Source: an uncultured Acidobacteriota bacterium
GTDB lineage: Bacteria; Acidobacteriota; Terriglobia; Acidiferrales; UBA7541
Direction: 5' to 3'
DNA length: 64,000 nucleotides
Assembly: GCA_963847695.1 (NCBI GenBank)
Contig: CAWKAX010000029.1
Coordinates: 2,150 to 66,149, forward strand
Made by a program: the position numbers and the translations under genes. Below the pieces are notes generated by a model, which ran no database searches, was not told the DNA's origin, and saw nothing but the letters and a program-made list of their open reading frames with translations. Shown one piece after another: positions 29,073 to 38,237 of this stretch (its first letter is position 1; every line of letters starts with the position of its first letter).

Positions 29073-30179
29073 ATGCGCGTTCGCAAAATCACACTTCGTG
29101 AAATTCACCTGCCGCTGATTGCGCCGTTTCAGACCAGCTTCGGCACCAGTACGCTGCGGCGCATTCCGCTGATCGAGGTCGATGTCGACGGCGTGATCGG
29201 CTGGGGCGAATGCACGGCCGGTGAAGATCCCTACTACTCCTACGAAACGGTCGAGACGGCCTGGCACATCATTCGGGATTTTCTGTGGCCGATGCTGAAG
29301 GGCAGGGAATTCTCGTCGGCATCAGAAATTCATGGAATCTTCTCTCATGTACGCGGGCATAACATGGCCAAGGCCGCGGTCGAGACCGCGATTTGGGATG
29401 CGGAAGCCAAGCACAAGAACCTTCCGCTGGCGAAATTGCTGGGTGGCACGCGCGAGGAAATCAGCTCAGGCGTTTCGATTGGCATCCAGCCCTCGATCGA
29501 AGCTCTAATTGCCAAGGTCGAAAAAGAACTCGCTGCCGGTTACCAGCGCATCAAGATCAAAATCATGCCGGGGTCGGATATCGAGCCGGCTCGCGCGCTG
29601 CGCGCACGCTTTCCGCGCATTCGGCTGATGGTCGACGCCAATTCGGCATACACGCTGGCCGATGCGCCGCTGCTAAAGAAACTCGACGATTTCTTTCTCA
29701 TCATGATTGAGCAGCCGCTGGGCCACGACGATATCTACTCTCATGCGGCACTGCAGCGCCAACTGGATACTCCGATTTGCCTCGATGAATGCATCCACGA
29801 TTACGAGCACGCGCGCGCCGCGATCGAAATCGGCGCCTGCAAAATCATCAACGTAAAACTCGGGCGCGTAGGCGGTCACACCTCCGCGCGCCAGATTCAC
29901 GATCTGTGCCAGTCGAAATCGGTGCCGGTGTGGTGCGGCGGGATGCTCGAATCGGGGATCGGGCGCGCGCACAACATCGCCATGTCCACGCTGCCGAATT
30001 TCACGCTGCCCGGCGACGTTTCAGCCAGCAAACGCTACTGGGCCGAAGACATCATCGAGCCGGAAGTGGAAGTTTCGGCGCGCGGAACGATTCGCGTGCC
30101 CACCGCGCCCGGAATTGGCTACACGCCCCGTATCGATCGCATCGAATCGCTCACCAAACGCCGAGAGGTTCTCGAGTAG
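29073..30179 (+). CDS. enolase-superfamily o-succinylbenzoate synthase / N-acylamino acid racemase (NSAR/OSBS subfamily)
   Basis: 368 aa. LPLIAPFQTSFG start. KIKI (KxK), VDAN, IEQP, LDE and NVKLGRVGG catalytic motifs are all present. Confidence 0.85.
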   Translation: MRVRKITLREIHLPLIAPFQTSFGTSTLRRIPLIEVDVDGVIGWGECTAGEDPYYSYETVETAWHIIRDFLWPMLKGREFSSASEIHGIFSHVRGHNMAKAAVETAIWDAEAKHKNLPLAKLLGGTREEISSGVSIGIQPSIEALIAKVEKELAAGYQRIKIKIMPGSDIEPARALRARFPRIRLMVDANSAYTLADAPLLKKLDDFFLIMIEQPLGHDDIYSHAALQRQLDTPICLDECIHDYEHARAAIEIGACKIINVKLGRVGGHTSARQIHDLCQSKSVPVWCGGMLESGIGRAHNIAMSTLPNFTLPGDVSASKRYWAEDIIEPEVEVSARGTIRVPTAPGIGYTPRIDRIESLTKRREVLE

Positions 30180-30260
30180 CCGCGCGGCTCGAGCACGATT
30201 CTGAATTCTCCCGCCAATTCGCCAACCGCACCCGAAGGCCCGCGCCCCAGCAATTTCATT

Positions 30261-31127
30261 TTGGGTTCGGCGCTGGTGCTGATGCTGCTGCTGTGGTCGC
30301 TGAATTACGTCGCGGGAAAGATCGCGTTGCGCACCATGGACCCGGTGACGCTGGCCTGCTTCCGCCTGGTGCTGGCCGCGCTGGTGATGCTGCCGATTTA
30401 TTTCGCCCAGCCTCGGCGCAAACGAACGCCGCTCAAAGCCGCGGACATTTGGCCCTTCACTTACCTCGGATTCCTCGGCGTGATTCTGAATCAGGGCTTG
30501 TTCACCGTAGGGCTGAACTACACCACGTCCGATCATTCGGCGGTGATCATCGCGATTGGTCCGGTGATCGTTCTGCTTCTCGCTCGCGCGCTGGGCCTGG
30601 AAATTCTCACCGCGGGGAAAATCCTGGGGATGGCGATTTCGTTCGTCGGCGTGTTTCTGTTGGAAACCGAGGGCGGCTCGCCGGCGAATTCGCCGTTTCT
30701 GCTGGGCGATACCATCACGTTTTTTGGCGTGGTCGGCTTCGCGATTTATGCCGTACTGGGGAAGAGAATCGCTTCCAAATACGACGCGGTAGCGATGAAT
30801 ACGTTCAACCTGGTGGCGTCCGCAGTCCTGCTGCTGCCGCTGACGATCCGCCAGGCGATGCACTTGAATTGGCGGGCAGTGAGCCTGGCGGGATGGCTGG
30901 GCATGATTTACATGGCCCTGGGCAGTTCGATCGCCGCTTACACGATATTTTATTGGCTGCTCCGGTACATGTCCGCTTCGCGGGTGGCGGTTCTCAGCTA
31001 CTTCCAACCGGTGGTGGTGATCGTACTTTCGGTGCTATTCCTCAGCGAGCATCCCACGCGAAACCTGCTGATCGGGACGGCTTTGGTTCTGATTGGGGTC
31101 TATCTGGCTGAACGGGGTAGGGGTTAG
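30261..31127 (+). CDS. EamA/DMT family transporter
   Basis: 10-TM ORF with two EamA repeats. The start is a TTG at 30261 or a downstream ATG. Confidence 0.75.
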   Translation: MGSALVLMLLLWSLNYVAGKIALRTMDPVTLACFRLVLAALVMLPIYFAQPRRKRTPLKAADIWPFTYLGFLGVILNQGLFTVGLNYTTSDHSAVIIAIGPVIVLLLARALGLEILTAGKILGMAISFVGVFLLETEGGSPANSPFLLGDTITFFGVVGFAIYAVLGKRIASKYDAVAMNTFNLVASAVLLLPLTIRQAMHLNWRAVSLAGWLGMIYMALGSSIAAYTIFYWLLRYMSASRVAVLSYFQPVVVIVLSVLFLSEHPTRNLLIGTALVLIGVYLAERGRG

Positions 31128-31423
31128 CGAAGTAGCCTCTGGAAAAGCCTTTCAGGCCGCCTGTAACCAATTGTCGCGCAAGGCCTTGCCTGGCCCTGGG
31201 TACAAACGAAACTTAATCGAACCCGCCGTGTTAAATCTGATGCGCTGATAGCTTTGGCTCGTTTGGCTGTTGATTGGAAGGCGGTTAACTAGGTTGCAAC
31301 CAACTGCAATCTGGTAGAGTCCAATCTGTAGGACCCGGGCGCGACGTACTTTTACTGGATCGGGCGCCGGTCCCAGACATAGCGAACACAGAATTAAGCA
31401 GGTGTTGGGTGGAGGACAAACAG

Positions 31424-33121
31424 ATGAAAAGTTCCACCTTTTTGAAGATGGTTTTTGGAGCACTGGCAGCGATTGCATTTATATGCGCGCCTGGTTCGGC
31501 CTTGGCGCAGCACGGCGGAGGCGGCCACGGTGGCGGCGGTGGCGGTTCACACGGTGGTGGCGGTGGCGGCGGATTTCATGGCGGCGGAGGCGGTGGTTTC
31601 CACGGCGGCGGCGGCGGACGTTCGGCTGCGTCGGCACCTCGCGGTGGGGGCTACGGCGGCGGGAATCATTATTCGAGTTCGCCCAATCGCGGCGGCTCCT
31701 CTGCGCAGAATCGCTCCTTTTCAAATAACGCCGGTCGTGGAAATTCCTACGCGAATGGCGGACGCCCTGGCGGAAATACCTATTCGAACAACGCCCGTTC
31801 AGCGGGATCGTTCAACGCGGGAAACCGCGCGGGCGGCGCGAATGGAGCCGGAACCAATACGCGCTCTACGTCTCCGTACATGGGGCGCAGCGGTGGTGGC
31901 AACACGGCCAACGCTAACAACTCAGTTCGCGGCGGCGTGAATGGCGCCGGCGCAAACGGCGCGCGTTCGGGTTCGAATCTGAACGCGGGGAATTCGCGCA
32001 GCTTGACGCCGGGAGTGAACTCCAACTCCAGTGCGGCTCGCGGTGGCGCGAATTCGCTTTCTGCTGGCAACCGCAGCGCGTCGGCGGTTTCGACCAATCG
32101 CGCGCTCTCGCACATCGATAATTCACATTTCTCGAATTCCTCGCGCGGCTTCAATAGCTTCGGCGCGGGTCGCAGCACTTCGGTCTCGAACGCGCGGTTT
32201 GGCAATACCAACCTCGCTGGCAACCGTTCGTTTACCGGCTCCTCTGCCGGATTCCATAACGGATTCGGCGGCAGTGCCGGCTATCGCGGCAACTACATCG
32301 GCGGACGCGGCGGCTACGGCTACGGACGTGGCGGCTACGGCTACGGGGGGTATCGCGGCGGCTGGGGCGGTTACGGCTGGCGTGGTGGCTGGGGCGGTTG
32401 GGGTTGGGGCGGCGGATGGGGTTGGGGATTTGGATGGGGCTGGGGCGGTTTCGGTTGGGGCGGATGGGGCTGGCCGGGATACTACGGTTACAACCCGTAT
32501 TGGTATAACCCGTTCTGGCTGGGCTACGGCTACCCGTCCTACGGCTATCCCTACTACGGAAACCCGGGCTACTCGATCAGCTACGGCGACCAGGACAACT
32601 CAAGCTCGAACCAGAATTACGACAACAACAACTACAACGCCAGCAATTCCAATAACACCTCGAACGGCGACTATTCGTTTTCGGCCAATAACAATCTGGG
32701 CGTAGCGGCGCCGGGAACGATTACGAGCGACAACAATGCGGTCGTGAACAACGACAACGTGGAACCGCCCTACGACAATTCGGAGAACACCAATCCGGTG
32801 ACCGGAAACGTGGCGGCTTCCACTCCGACGGCGTTGATTTACCTGAAGGACGGCACGACCTACGCGGCCAGCGACTACTGGCTGCAGAATGGCCAGCTGC
32901 ACTATCGGGTGAACTACGGCGGCGAAAGCTCGCTGAACATGGACGAAGTGGACTTGCAACGCACGGTGGATGAAAACGCCCGGCGGGGAATTCGTTTCTC
33001 GCTGAAGCCGAATCCTTCGCGGGTGAGTTCGCAACCGGCTCCGCAGAATCGGAATTCGGCTCCGGCCATTGCTCCGGCGCCGCAGTCCGATCCGCAGGTG
33101 CAGACCACGTCGCAAACCTAA
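31424..33121 (+). CDS. secreted low-complexity protein: His/Gly tract, Asn/Ser/Gly/Arg-rich region, Gly-Trp repeat, Tyr/Gly/Pro region, small C-terminal globular domain
   Basis: The ATG at 31424 lies 7 nt after GGAGGA. Signal peptide MKSSTFLKMVFGALAAIAFICAPGSALA. Then HGGGGHGGGGGGSHGGGGGGGFHGGGGGGFHGGGGG, later GGWGGYGWRGGWGGWGWGGGWGWGFGWGWGGFGWGGWGW. The C-terminus reads ALIYLKDGTTYAASDYWLQNGQLHYRVNYGGESSLNMDEVDLQRT. Confidence 0.75.
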   Translation: MKSSTFLKMVFGALAAIAFICAPGSALAQHGGGGHGGGGGGSHGGGGGGGFHGGGGGGFHGGGGGRSAASAPRGGGYGGGNHYSSSPNRGGSSAQNRSFSNNAGRGNSYANGGRPGGNTYSNNARSAGSFNAGNRAGGANGAGTNTRSTSPYMGRSGGGNTANANNSVRGGVNGAGANGARSGSNLNAGNSRSLTPGVNSNSSAARGGANSLSAGNRSASAVSTNRALSHIDNSHFSNSSRGFNSFGAGRSTSVSNARFGNTNLAGNRSFTGSSAGFHNGFGGSAGYRGNYIGGRGGYGYGRGGYGYGGYRGGWGGYGWRGGWGGWGWGGGWGWGFGWGWGGFGWGGWGWPGYYGYNPYWYNPFWLGYGYPSYGYPYYGNPGYSISYGDQDNSSSNQNYDNNNYNASNSNNTSNGDYSFSANNNLGVAAPGTITSDNNAVVNNDNVEPPYDNSENTNPVTGNVAASTPTALIYLKDGTTYAASDYWLQNGQLHYRVNYGGESSLNMDEVDLQRTVDENARRGIRFSLKPNPSRVSSQPAPQNRNSAPAIAPAPQSDPQVQTTSQT

Positions 33122-33150
33122 ACGGCGCTTATTGTTTCGCGCAAGATCAA

Positions 33151-33190
33151 AGAGCCTCCCGGAGAAAATCCGCGAGGCTCTTTTGTTTTT
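33151..33190 (+). terminator. rho-independent terminator
   Basis: AGAGCCTC (33151-33158) pairs with GAGGCTCT (33174-33181), followed by TTTTGTTTTT. Confidence 0.7.
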
Positions 33191-33331
33191 CGCACCGAGT
33201 GAGTTCGCAGCCTTGCGACCTGTTCGTATCCGCGCTCGTTTTGGGAAGTTCGACTAACTACGGTCGGCAAAGCAGGCCCAAAACGGCCGCAAGTAAGGTG
33301 TATTCCGGCGATCGCGAGCTGAACTATCGCA

Positions 33332-33359
33332 TTGACACGCTGGGCCCCAAGTCCATACT
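33332..33359 (+). promoter_or_regulatory. sigma-70-like promoter candidate for the two small ORFs
   Basis: TTGACA (33332-33337), a 16-nt spacer, then CATACT (33354-33359), about 70 nt upstream of the ATG at 33432. Confidence 0.35.
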
Positions 33360-33431
33360 CAGAGTAGCTACTGCCGCTAGACTTTCTCCCGCTCCCACCG
33401 ACGGCGTCTACCCGCTCCAGCAAGGAGCAAA

Positions 33432-33647
33432 ATGGTTAAAATCTGTTTATCCGGTCGCTGCAAGGCGATCGGAATTATTCCCAACAATGGTGAGCCGTCG
33501 CGCTGCCAGGTTCAGCTCGAGCTTGATCGCAATGTCTCACTGGAATACCACCGCTACGACGTGCAGCTCCTTGTTCCTACAGAATTTGCCGCTTTGTTGG
33601 AAGTCGGTCATGAAGTGACCCTGACCCTGGAACAAAATGGCAACTAA
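33432..33647 (+). CDS. small hypothetical protein (71 aa)
   Basis: AAGGAG lies 6 nt upstream of the ATG. No recognisable domain. Confidence 0.5.
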   Translation: MVKICLSGRCKAIGIIPNNGEPSRCQVQLELDRNVSLEYHRYDVQLLVPTEFAALLEVGHEVTLTLEQNGN

Positions 33648-33704
33648 ACCGCAGCTTGGCCAACCCCTGGTAAACGCCGTACCCTCACTTCGAGGGGGTG
33701 CCCT

Positions 33705-33947
33705 ATGAATTCGATACTCGAGCTTGAAAGAGCGAGTCCGGCCAAGCTGGCGGCTCTTTGCCAGCGTGTCGCCGACAATCCGGGCGCATATTTGGCGGAT
33801 GCCTCGGACGAGGCGTCGGGATTGAAGCTGGAGTGGGAAAAGCTGCAATCGCCGCCGAGCCTGAACGTAACCATTCAGCGGAGAACCGAACAGCAGAAAG
33901 ACCATCTGGGAAGGCGTATGGTCAAATTTCTGGCGGGAGTTCTGTAG
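33705..33947 (+). CDS. small hypothetical protein (80 aa)
   Basis: GAGGGGG lies upstream of the ATG. No recognisable domain. Confidence 0.45.
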   Translation: MNSILELERASPAKLAALCQRVADNPGAYLADASDEASGLKLEWEKLQSPPSLNVTIQRRTEQQKDHLGRRMVKFLAGVL

Positions 33948-33975
33948 CTGGTTCGCAGTGGGATACCAACGCTCG

Positions 33976-34317
33976 TTAGGCCGCGGCCGCAGGAGAATGG
34001 AATTCAGCTATTTCGTAACAAAGCAATTGCACGCCAACTCCCACGAGTCCGCCCGCCATTAGATTGTGATGGACAATTCGGCCTGTAAACCGACGATAAC
34101 TCGAACCTGTGCCTCTAAGTCGTTTTGGCATGTTAAGCGCAAGCTCAATTCGCTCTCCGATGGCCACGGTAAGGTAGGTCGTGAAGAAGACGCCCTCGGT
34201 CGAGATGTTTATTGATCGAGCGACGGACTCGCCGTCGAACAGCGTTCCGAGGCGGTGAAAAGCCATGGGGACGCGCAGTTTGAATCGCTGTGTAAGGCGA
34301 CGTTCGGCTCCCGGCAT
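33976..34317 (-). CDS. PilZ domain protein (putative c-di-GMP receptor)
   Basis: Start MPGAERRLTQRFKLRV carries the RxxxR motif, and NISTEGVFF carries (D/N)xSxxG. The longer track ORF (to 34554) crosses a terminator, so I did not use it. Confidence 0.65.
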   Translation of the reverse strand: MPGAERRLTQRFKLRVPMAFHRLGTLFDGESVARSINISTEGVFFTTYLTVAIGERIELALNMPKRLRGTGSSYRRFTGRIVHHNLMAGGLVGVGVQLLCYEIAEFHSPAAAA

Positions 34318-34489
34318 AACCCTCCAGGGACCAGAAGTCCCTCTGCCTACCGTAATCGGCCGATTCAGGCTCGAGATTAGGTCCAGCGCGTAGCGAAAGA
34401 AAAGAGGTCTGCTCCTGGCTGGCAGCCCGTACGGGAGGTCTGCTGTCCGATTTTCTGGCACAACCGTGGGAAGTTCGAGTCGAGTAACA

Positions 34490-34527
34490 AAAAAAACGGC
34501 GCCGGAACTGTTCAGTTCCAGCGCCGC
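34490..34527 (-). terminator. rho-independent terminator 3' of the bactofilin gene
   Basis: The minus strand reads CGGCGCTGGAAC-TGAACA-GTTCCGGCGCCG followed by T8 (one mismatch in the stem). Confidence 0.7.
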
Positions 34528-34601
34528 ACTAATTCTCCAACCCCGCCCCGCCATGGCACGCTAAACGTCCCGTCTGCAGTCAGGATAGTGAATTAAACCT
34601 G

Positions 34602-35129
34602 TTAGTTGGAAGCGCCAACCGTCTCGAGTTCTTTCTCGTGATGGCTGTGCGACTTCGAGTTGTTATTGCGCTGAATTTCGATCTGGCCCTTGAGGTAAGC
34701 GCCGTCTTCGATCAGCACCCGGCCGCCGGTGATATTGCCGATCACCGAGCCGTCCTTCTTCACTTCCACGCGATCTTCAGCGAAGAGGTTGCCGCGCACT
34801 TTGCCGTAGACGATGACTTCGCGGGCGTGCACGTCGGAAACGATCTCGCCGGACGAGCCCACGGTAAGCCGTTGGCCCTTCAAGGTAATCGGGCCTTCGA
34901 CCTTTCCTTCCACTTGCAGATCTTCGTCGCCGGAAATCTGGCCCTTGACGGTCAAGCCGGAGCCGAGGGTCGCCAGGTTCTTCGCCGCGGGCGCCGTGGA
35001 ACGAACCGGGGCCGAGGTCGAAGGTGACGAATTAAATGTCGATGCTGCGGGAGCAGCCGGGAAAGTCGACGGCTGAGCCGGCGCGGGCGCCGGATAATCA
35101 TTCTGAGGCTGCTTGTTGCTGTTCCACAT
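34602..35129 (-). CDS. bactofilin (polymer-forming cytoskeletal protein)
   Basis: The ATG at 35129 is preceded by GGAGGG. Pro/Ala-rich N-terminus, then a beta-helical core: LTVKGQISGDEDLQVEGKVEGPITLKGQRLTVGSSGEIVSDVHAREVIVYGKVRGNL... Confidence 0.8.
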   Translation of the reverse strand: MWNSNKQPQNDYPAPAPAQPSTFPAAPAASTFNSSPSTSAPVRSTAPAAKNLATLGSGLTVKGQISGDEDLQVEGKVEGPITLKGQRLTVGSSGEIVSDVHAREVIVYGKVRGNLFAEDRVEVKKDGSVIGNITGGRVLIEDGAYLKGQIEIQRNNNSKSHSHHEKELETVGASN

Positions 35130-35381
35130 GGTCCCTCCGAGATGGGCTGCCGGAAATTTGGTGGTGCTGGAAATTGTCTTTAGAAATTTTTGCGGCGGAT
35201 GGCGCCGCGCCAGTGCTGGTTCGCGCGCCGCATCCGATGCAGAACCAATGTAGGCGGTGCGGCGGGAGGCAGGCAATTGCAAATCGGGAATCGGTTTCCC
35301 CAAAGAAACTGGCCCGAAGGACAGGTGCCGGAGCGAGGATTCCGGCGGCCTGTGCTGCGGGCCGTGAGGTCATTCGACGAT

Positions 35382-36431
35382 TTAGCGGCATCGCGCTACA
35401 GCGCCAGTGGTGATTACCGCGCGGAAGCGCACGGTGGATTTCAGCATGGCGTCGTAGGCTTCCGGATATTTTTCCAGAGGGTAAACCTGGGTCATCGGCC
35501 GCACGCCGCTCAGCGCGCTAAATTCCATCGTCTCCTGCGAATCCATCGCGGTGCCGGAGTACCAGGAGCGGACTCCGCTGCGGTTGAAGATGGCCTGCGT
35601 GGCGTTGAACGAGATTGGCTTTTCGCCGGCGCCGACGATGAGTAGCTGGCCATCGATTCCCAAGCCGTTGACCGCTTGAGTCATGGCGTCGGCGCTGGTC
35701 AGCGTGGCCAGGATCAGTCGGGCGCCGCCCATTTTTTGCAACTCCGCGCCGATGTCCTGCGTGCTGTTATCGAGGTAGACGTGCGCGCCGAGCTTTTTCG
35801 CCAGCGCTTCTTTGTCCGCGCCGCGGCCGATGGCCACGGTTTTGAATCCCATTTTTGCGGCGTATTGCACGCCCAGATGTCCAAGCCCGCCGATGCCCAA
35901 AATCGCAACCAGTTGCCCGGCTTTAACTCCGGCGTTGCGCATGGCGTTGAAGGTAGTCACTCCAGCGCAGACCAACGGCCCGGCATCGACCGGCGATATT
36001 TCATCGGGGATGCGCGCCAGCGCGTCCGAATGCGCGATCATGTATTCAGCGTGGCCGCCGTCGCGGGTGACGCCGGTGATTTCGCGGTTGATTAGGCACA
36101 TGGCGAAATCGCCGCGGCGGCACGAATCACAATAGCCACAGCTGCCGCCGAACCAGCCGATGCCCACCCGTTCGCCGACCTTCCAGCCTTTTACGCCTTC
36201 GCCTAGCGCGTCGATCACGCCCGCCGCTTCATGCCCGGGGACACGCGGGTAGGTCATGCCGGGCAGCAAGCCCTCTTTGGTCAGCACGTCGCTGTGACAA
36301 ACACCGCAAGCCTGAACTTTCACGCGCACATCGCCCGGCCCCGGATTCGGAATGTCGCGCTCGACAATCTCCCATGGCCCGCCGGCTTTGCTGACCTGCA
36401 CCACTTTCATTTTTTTCGCATTCGCTGCCAT
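35382..36431 (-). CDS. zinc-dependent alcohol dehydrogenase (AdhP-like)
   Basis: 349 aa. GVCHSD, GHEAAG, the structural-zinc motif CGYCDSCRRG, and GIGGLGH nucleotide-binding motif. Confidence 0.9.
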   Translation of the reverse strand: MAANAKKMKVVQVSKAGGPWEIVERDIPNPGPGDVRVKVQACGVCHSDVLTKEGLLPGMTYPRVPGHEAAGVIDALGEGVKGWKVGERVGIGWFGGSCGYCDSCRRGDFAMCLINREITGVTRDGGHAEYMIAHSDALARIPDEISPVDAGPLVCAGVTTFNAMRNAGVKAGQLVAILGIGGLGHLGVQYAAKMGFKTVAIGRGADKEALAKKLGAHVYLDNSTQDIGAELQKMGGARLILATLTSADAMTQAVNGLGIDGQLLIVGAGEKPISFNATQAIFNRSGVRSWYSGTAMDSQETMEFSALSGVRPMTQVYPLEKYPEAYDAMLKSTVRFRAVITTGAVARCR

Positions 36432-36550
36432 AAGTCCTCCGAGGAATTAAACCGTGCGCGAAACCACCTGCAGCGGGTTGGATGCGGTGCCCGGCCGCAG
36501 GGGTGCGGTAAATCATCCGGGCCCAGTCTTGATTGTTCTCAGCTAACCCG

Positions 36551-38011
36551 CTAGCTCCAGGTCAGCGTGGTAACGGAATTTTCTTTGAGCGGTATCGCTG
36601 CGTTCATTTTCCCCTGACGCAGAGCAACAGTGGTGGCCGCGCCTTTGTTGGTCAGGACCAAAACCTTCGAGCCATCGGGATTCTCGCAGGCCACATGCAG
36701 CACGTCGGCGGAAGCGCTTTGCGAATCGAAGCGGTGCGCGCCGCGACGGATGGTGCGCGAAAAATGCGCCAAGCCCCAGAATTGCGCGCTGCGAGTGATT
36801 TCCTGCGTTCCGGAATGAATGCTGACCACGCCGCCGCAGGGGAAGGGGCCGATATTCGGTTTGCCGACTTCGTCGAGCGCCAGATTCCAGGTGGTGATCG
36901 AGCCGCACCAGTTGCGTAGCACGTCGGTGAAGATGCGTCCCCATTTGCACCAGCCGTTCATGTAGTCCGCGTCGGTGTAATCGGGGCCGCCCTCGGTCCA
37001 ATGAAATTCCGCGTCGGGGAAATATTCGTGGGCTTTGGACATCATGTCCGGCGTGCCGTAATAGCCGTGCCAGGCGACGGAGTTCGAATATTTGCGCAGT
37101 TTTTCGTCTTCGAGGCAATCGACCACGCGGCCCCACAAATTGTAATTGTGGTCCAGCAGCCAGATTTTCACCGGCGTGTTGGTGGATTCGAGCAACGGGC
37201 CTAGATGGTCGCGAATGAAGCGGATTTCATATTCCTGAGGCCAGATGCAGGCGGGCATGCGGCCGTCCTGATCGGTGTCGAGTTCGTTCTGTGAGCTGAC
37301 CGCCTGAATGGTCACGCCCTCGGCGGCGTAAGCCTGGAGAAATTTCAGAAAATATTGCGAGTAGACCTTGAGGTTCGACCAGCGCATCGATCCGCCGAGC
37401 ATGGAGTTGTTGAACTTCATCCAGCCTGGAGGGCTCCACGGCGTGGCGAACAGGAAAAGATCGGGATTCACTTTGCGGGCTTCGCGGATCATGGGCAGGA
37501 TCCAGGCGCGGTCGTGTTCGATGGAGAAGCGCGTGAGATCAGGATCGGCGTCGCCATCATCGTAGCTGTAAAGCTTGGTGGAGTAATCGCTCGCGCCGAT
37601 GCAGGCGCGGCAGAGATTCAAGTTCAGCTCGGAGGGATCGAACATTTCGTGAAACAACGCCGCGCGGGCGGCGGGGGAGAGCTGATTGAACATGTAGCAG
37701 GTGGCGTCGGTGAAGGCGCCGCCGAAGCCCTGGATCGCTTGGAATTTTGTGCCGGGATTCAGCTGAATCTGTACGGCGGATTTCGGAGCTGAGGCTTTCG
37801 ACCAGGAGGCGCTGGGGGCTGCGGCGTAGCGCTGGTCTCCGGCCGTGATGTGGACAGAAATTTGCGAACCGTTTACGGGATTGGGGCCCTCGTCCTTCGC
37901 TGGATTCAATGGATCGGAAGCCAGCGTGGCGGTTTCGGTAGCCATGACCCCCGCAGCCAAGCCCAGTGCCGAGATTCCCAGAAAATTTCTGCGAGACGTA
38001 TCGTTCGACAT
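36551..38011 (-). CDS. glycoside hydrolase family 30 (glucosylceramidase-like), Tat-secreted
   Basis: The ATG at 38011 is preceded by AAGGAG. Tat-type signal SRRNFLGISALGLAAGVMA. Motifs: GFGGAFTDA, PWSPPGWMK, QNE..., WTEGG. Confidence 0.8.
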   Translation of the reverse strand: MSNDTSRRNFLGISALGLAAGVMATETATLASDPLNPAKDEGPNPVNGSQISVHITAGDQRYAAAPSASWSKASAPKSAVQIQLNPGTKFQAIQGFGGAFTDATCYMFNQLSPAARAALFHEMFDPSELNLNLCRACIGASDYSTKLYSYDDGDADPDLTRFSIEHDRAWILPMIREARKVNPDLFLFATPWSPPGWMKFNNSMLGGSMRWSNLKVYSQYFLKFLQAYAAEGVTIQAVSSQNELDTDQDGRMPACIWPQEYEIRFIRDHLGPLLESTNTPVKIWLLDHNYNLWGRVVDCLEDEKLRKYSNSVAWHGYYGTPDMMSKAHEYFPDAEFHWTEGGPDYTDADYMNGWCKWGRIFTDVLRNWCGSITTWNLALDEVGKPNIGPFPCGGVVSIHSGTQEITRSAQFWGLAHFSRTIRRGAHRFDSQSASADVLHVACENPDGSKVLVLTNKGAATTVALRQGKMNAAIPLKENSVTTLTWS

Positions 38012-38237
38012 GCCCAGCTCCTTGGGTCGCGACGCGCCCGACTGCGGCGCGCAAAACGCCACGAGTCTATCGTGAAAGTGCAGTGGGAAGGTCCGAAAAA
38101 ACGTGAAGTTGAACATCGGAGTTGCGTCCAGCACGCTGCGACGGCAACCTTTCGAATTTCACTTTTCAGCCGGGGCGTGTTACGGTGCGCGACGGAAGCA
38201 AATTGCGTGCCGCGGCAGCGAATGGGAATTTCAGGCT

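Noticed and set aside
31510-32480. Short tandem DNA repeats (GGCGGTGGCGGC-type, then GGCTGGGG-type) considered as CRISPR or VNTR
   Set aside because: The repeats are irregular, have no unique spacers of constant length, and lie in frame within a signal-peptide-bearing ORF. They encode the Gly/His and Gly/Trp low-complexity tracts.
33976-34554. 192-aa version of the PilZ ORF
   Set aside because: The N-terminal 79 codons run across the bactofilin terminator hairpin and T-run and have no protein-like features. The ATG at 34317 gives a canonical single-domain PilZ.
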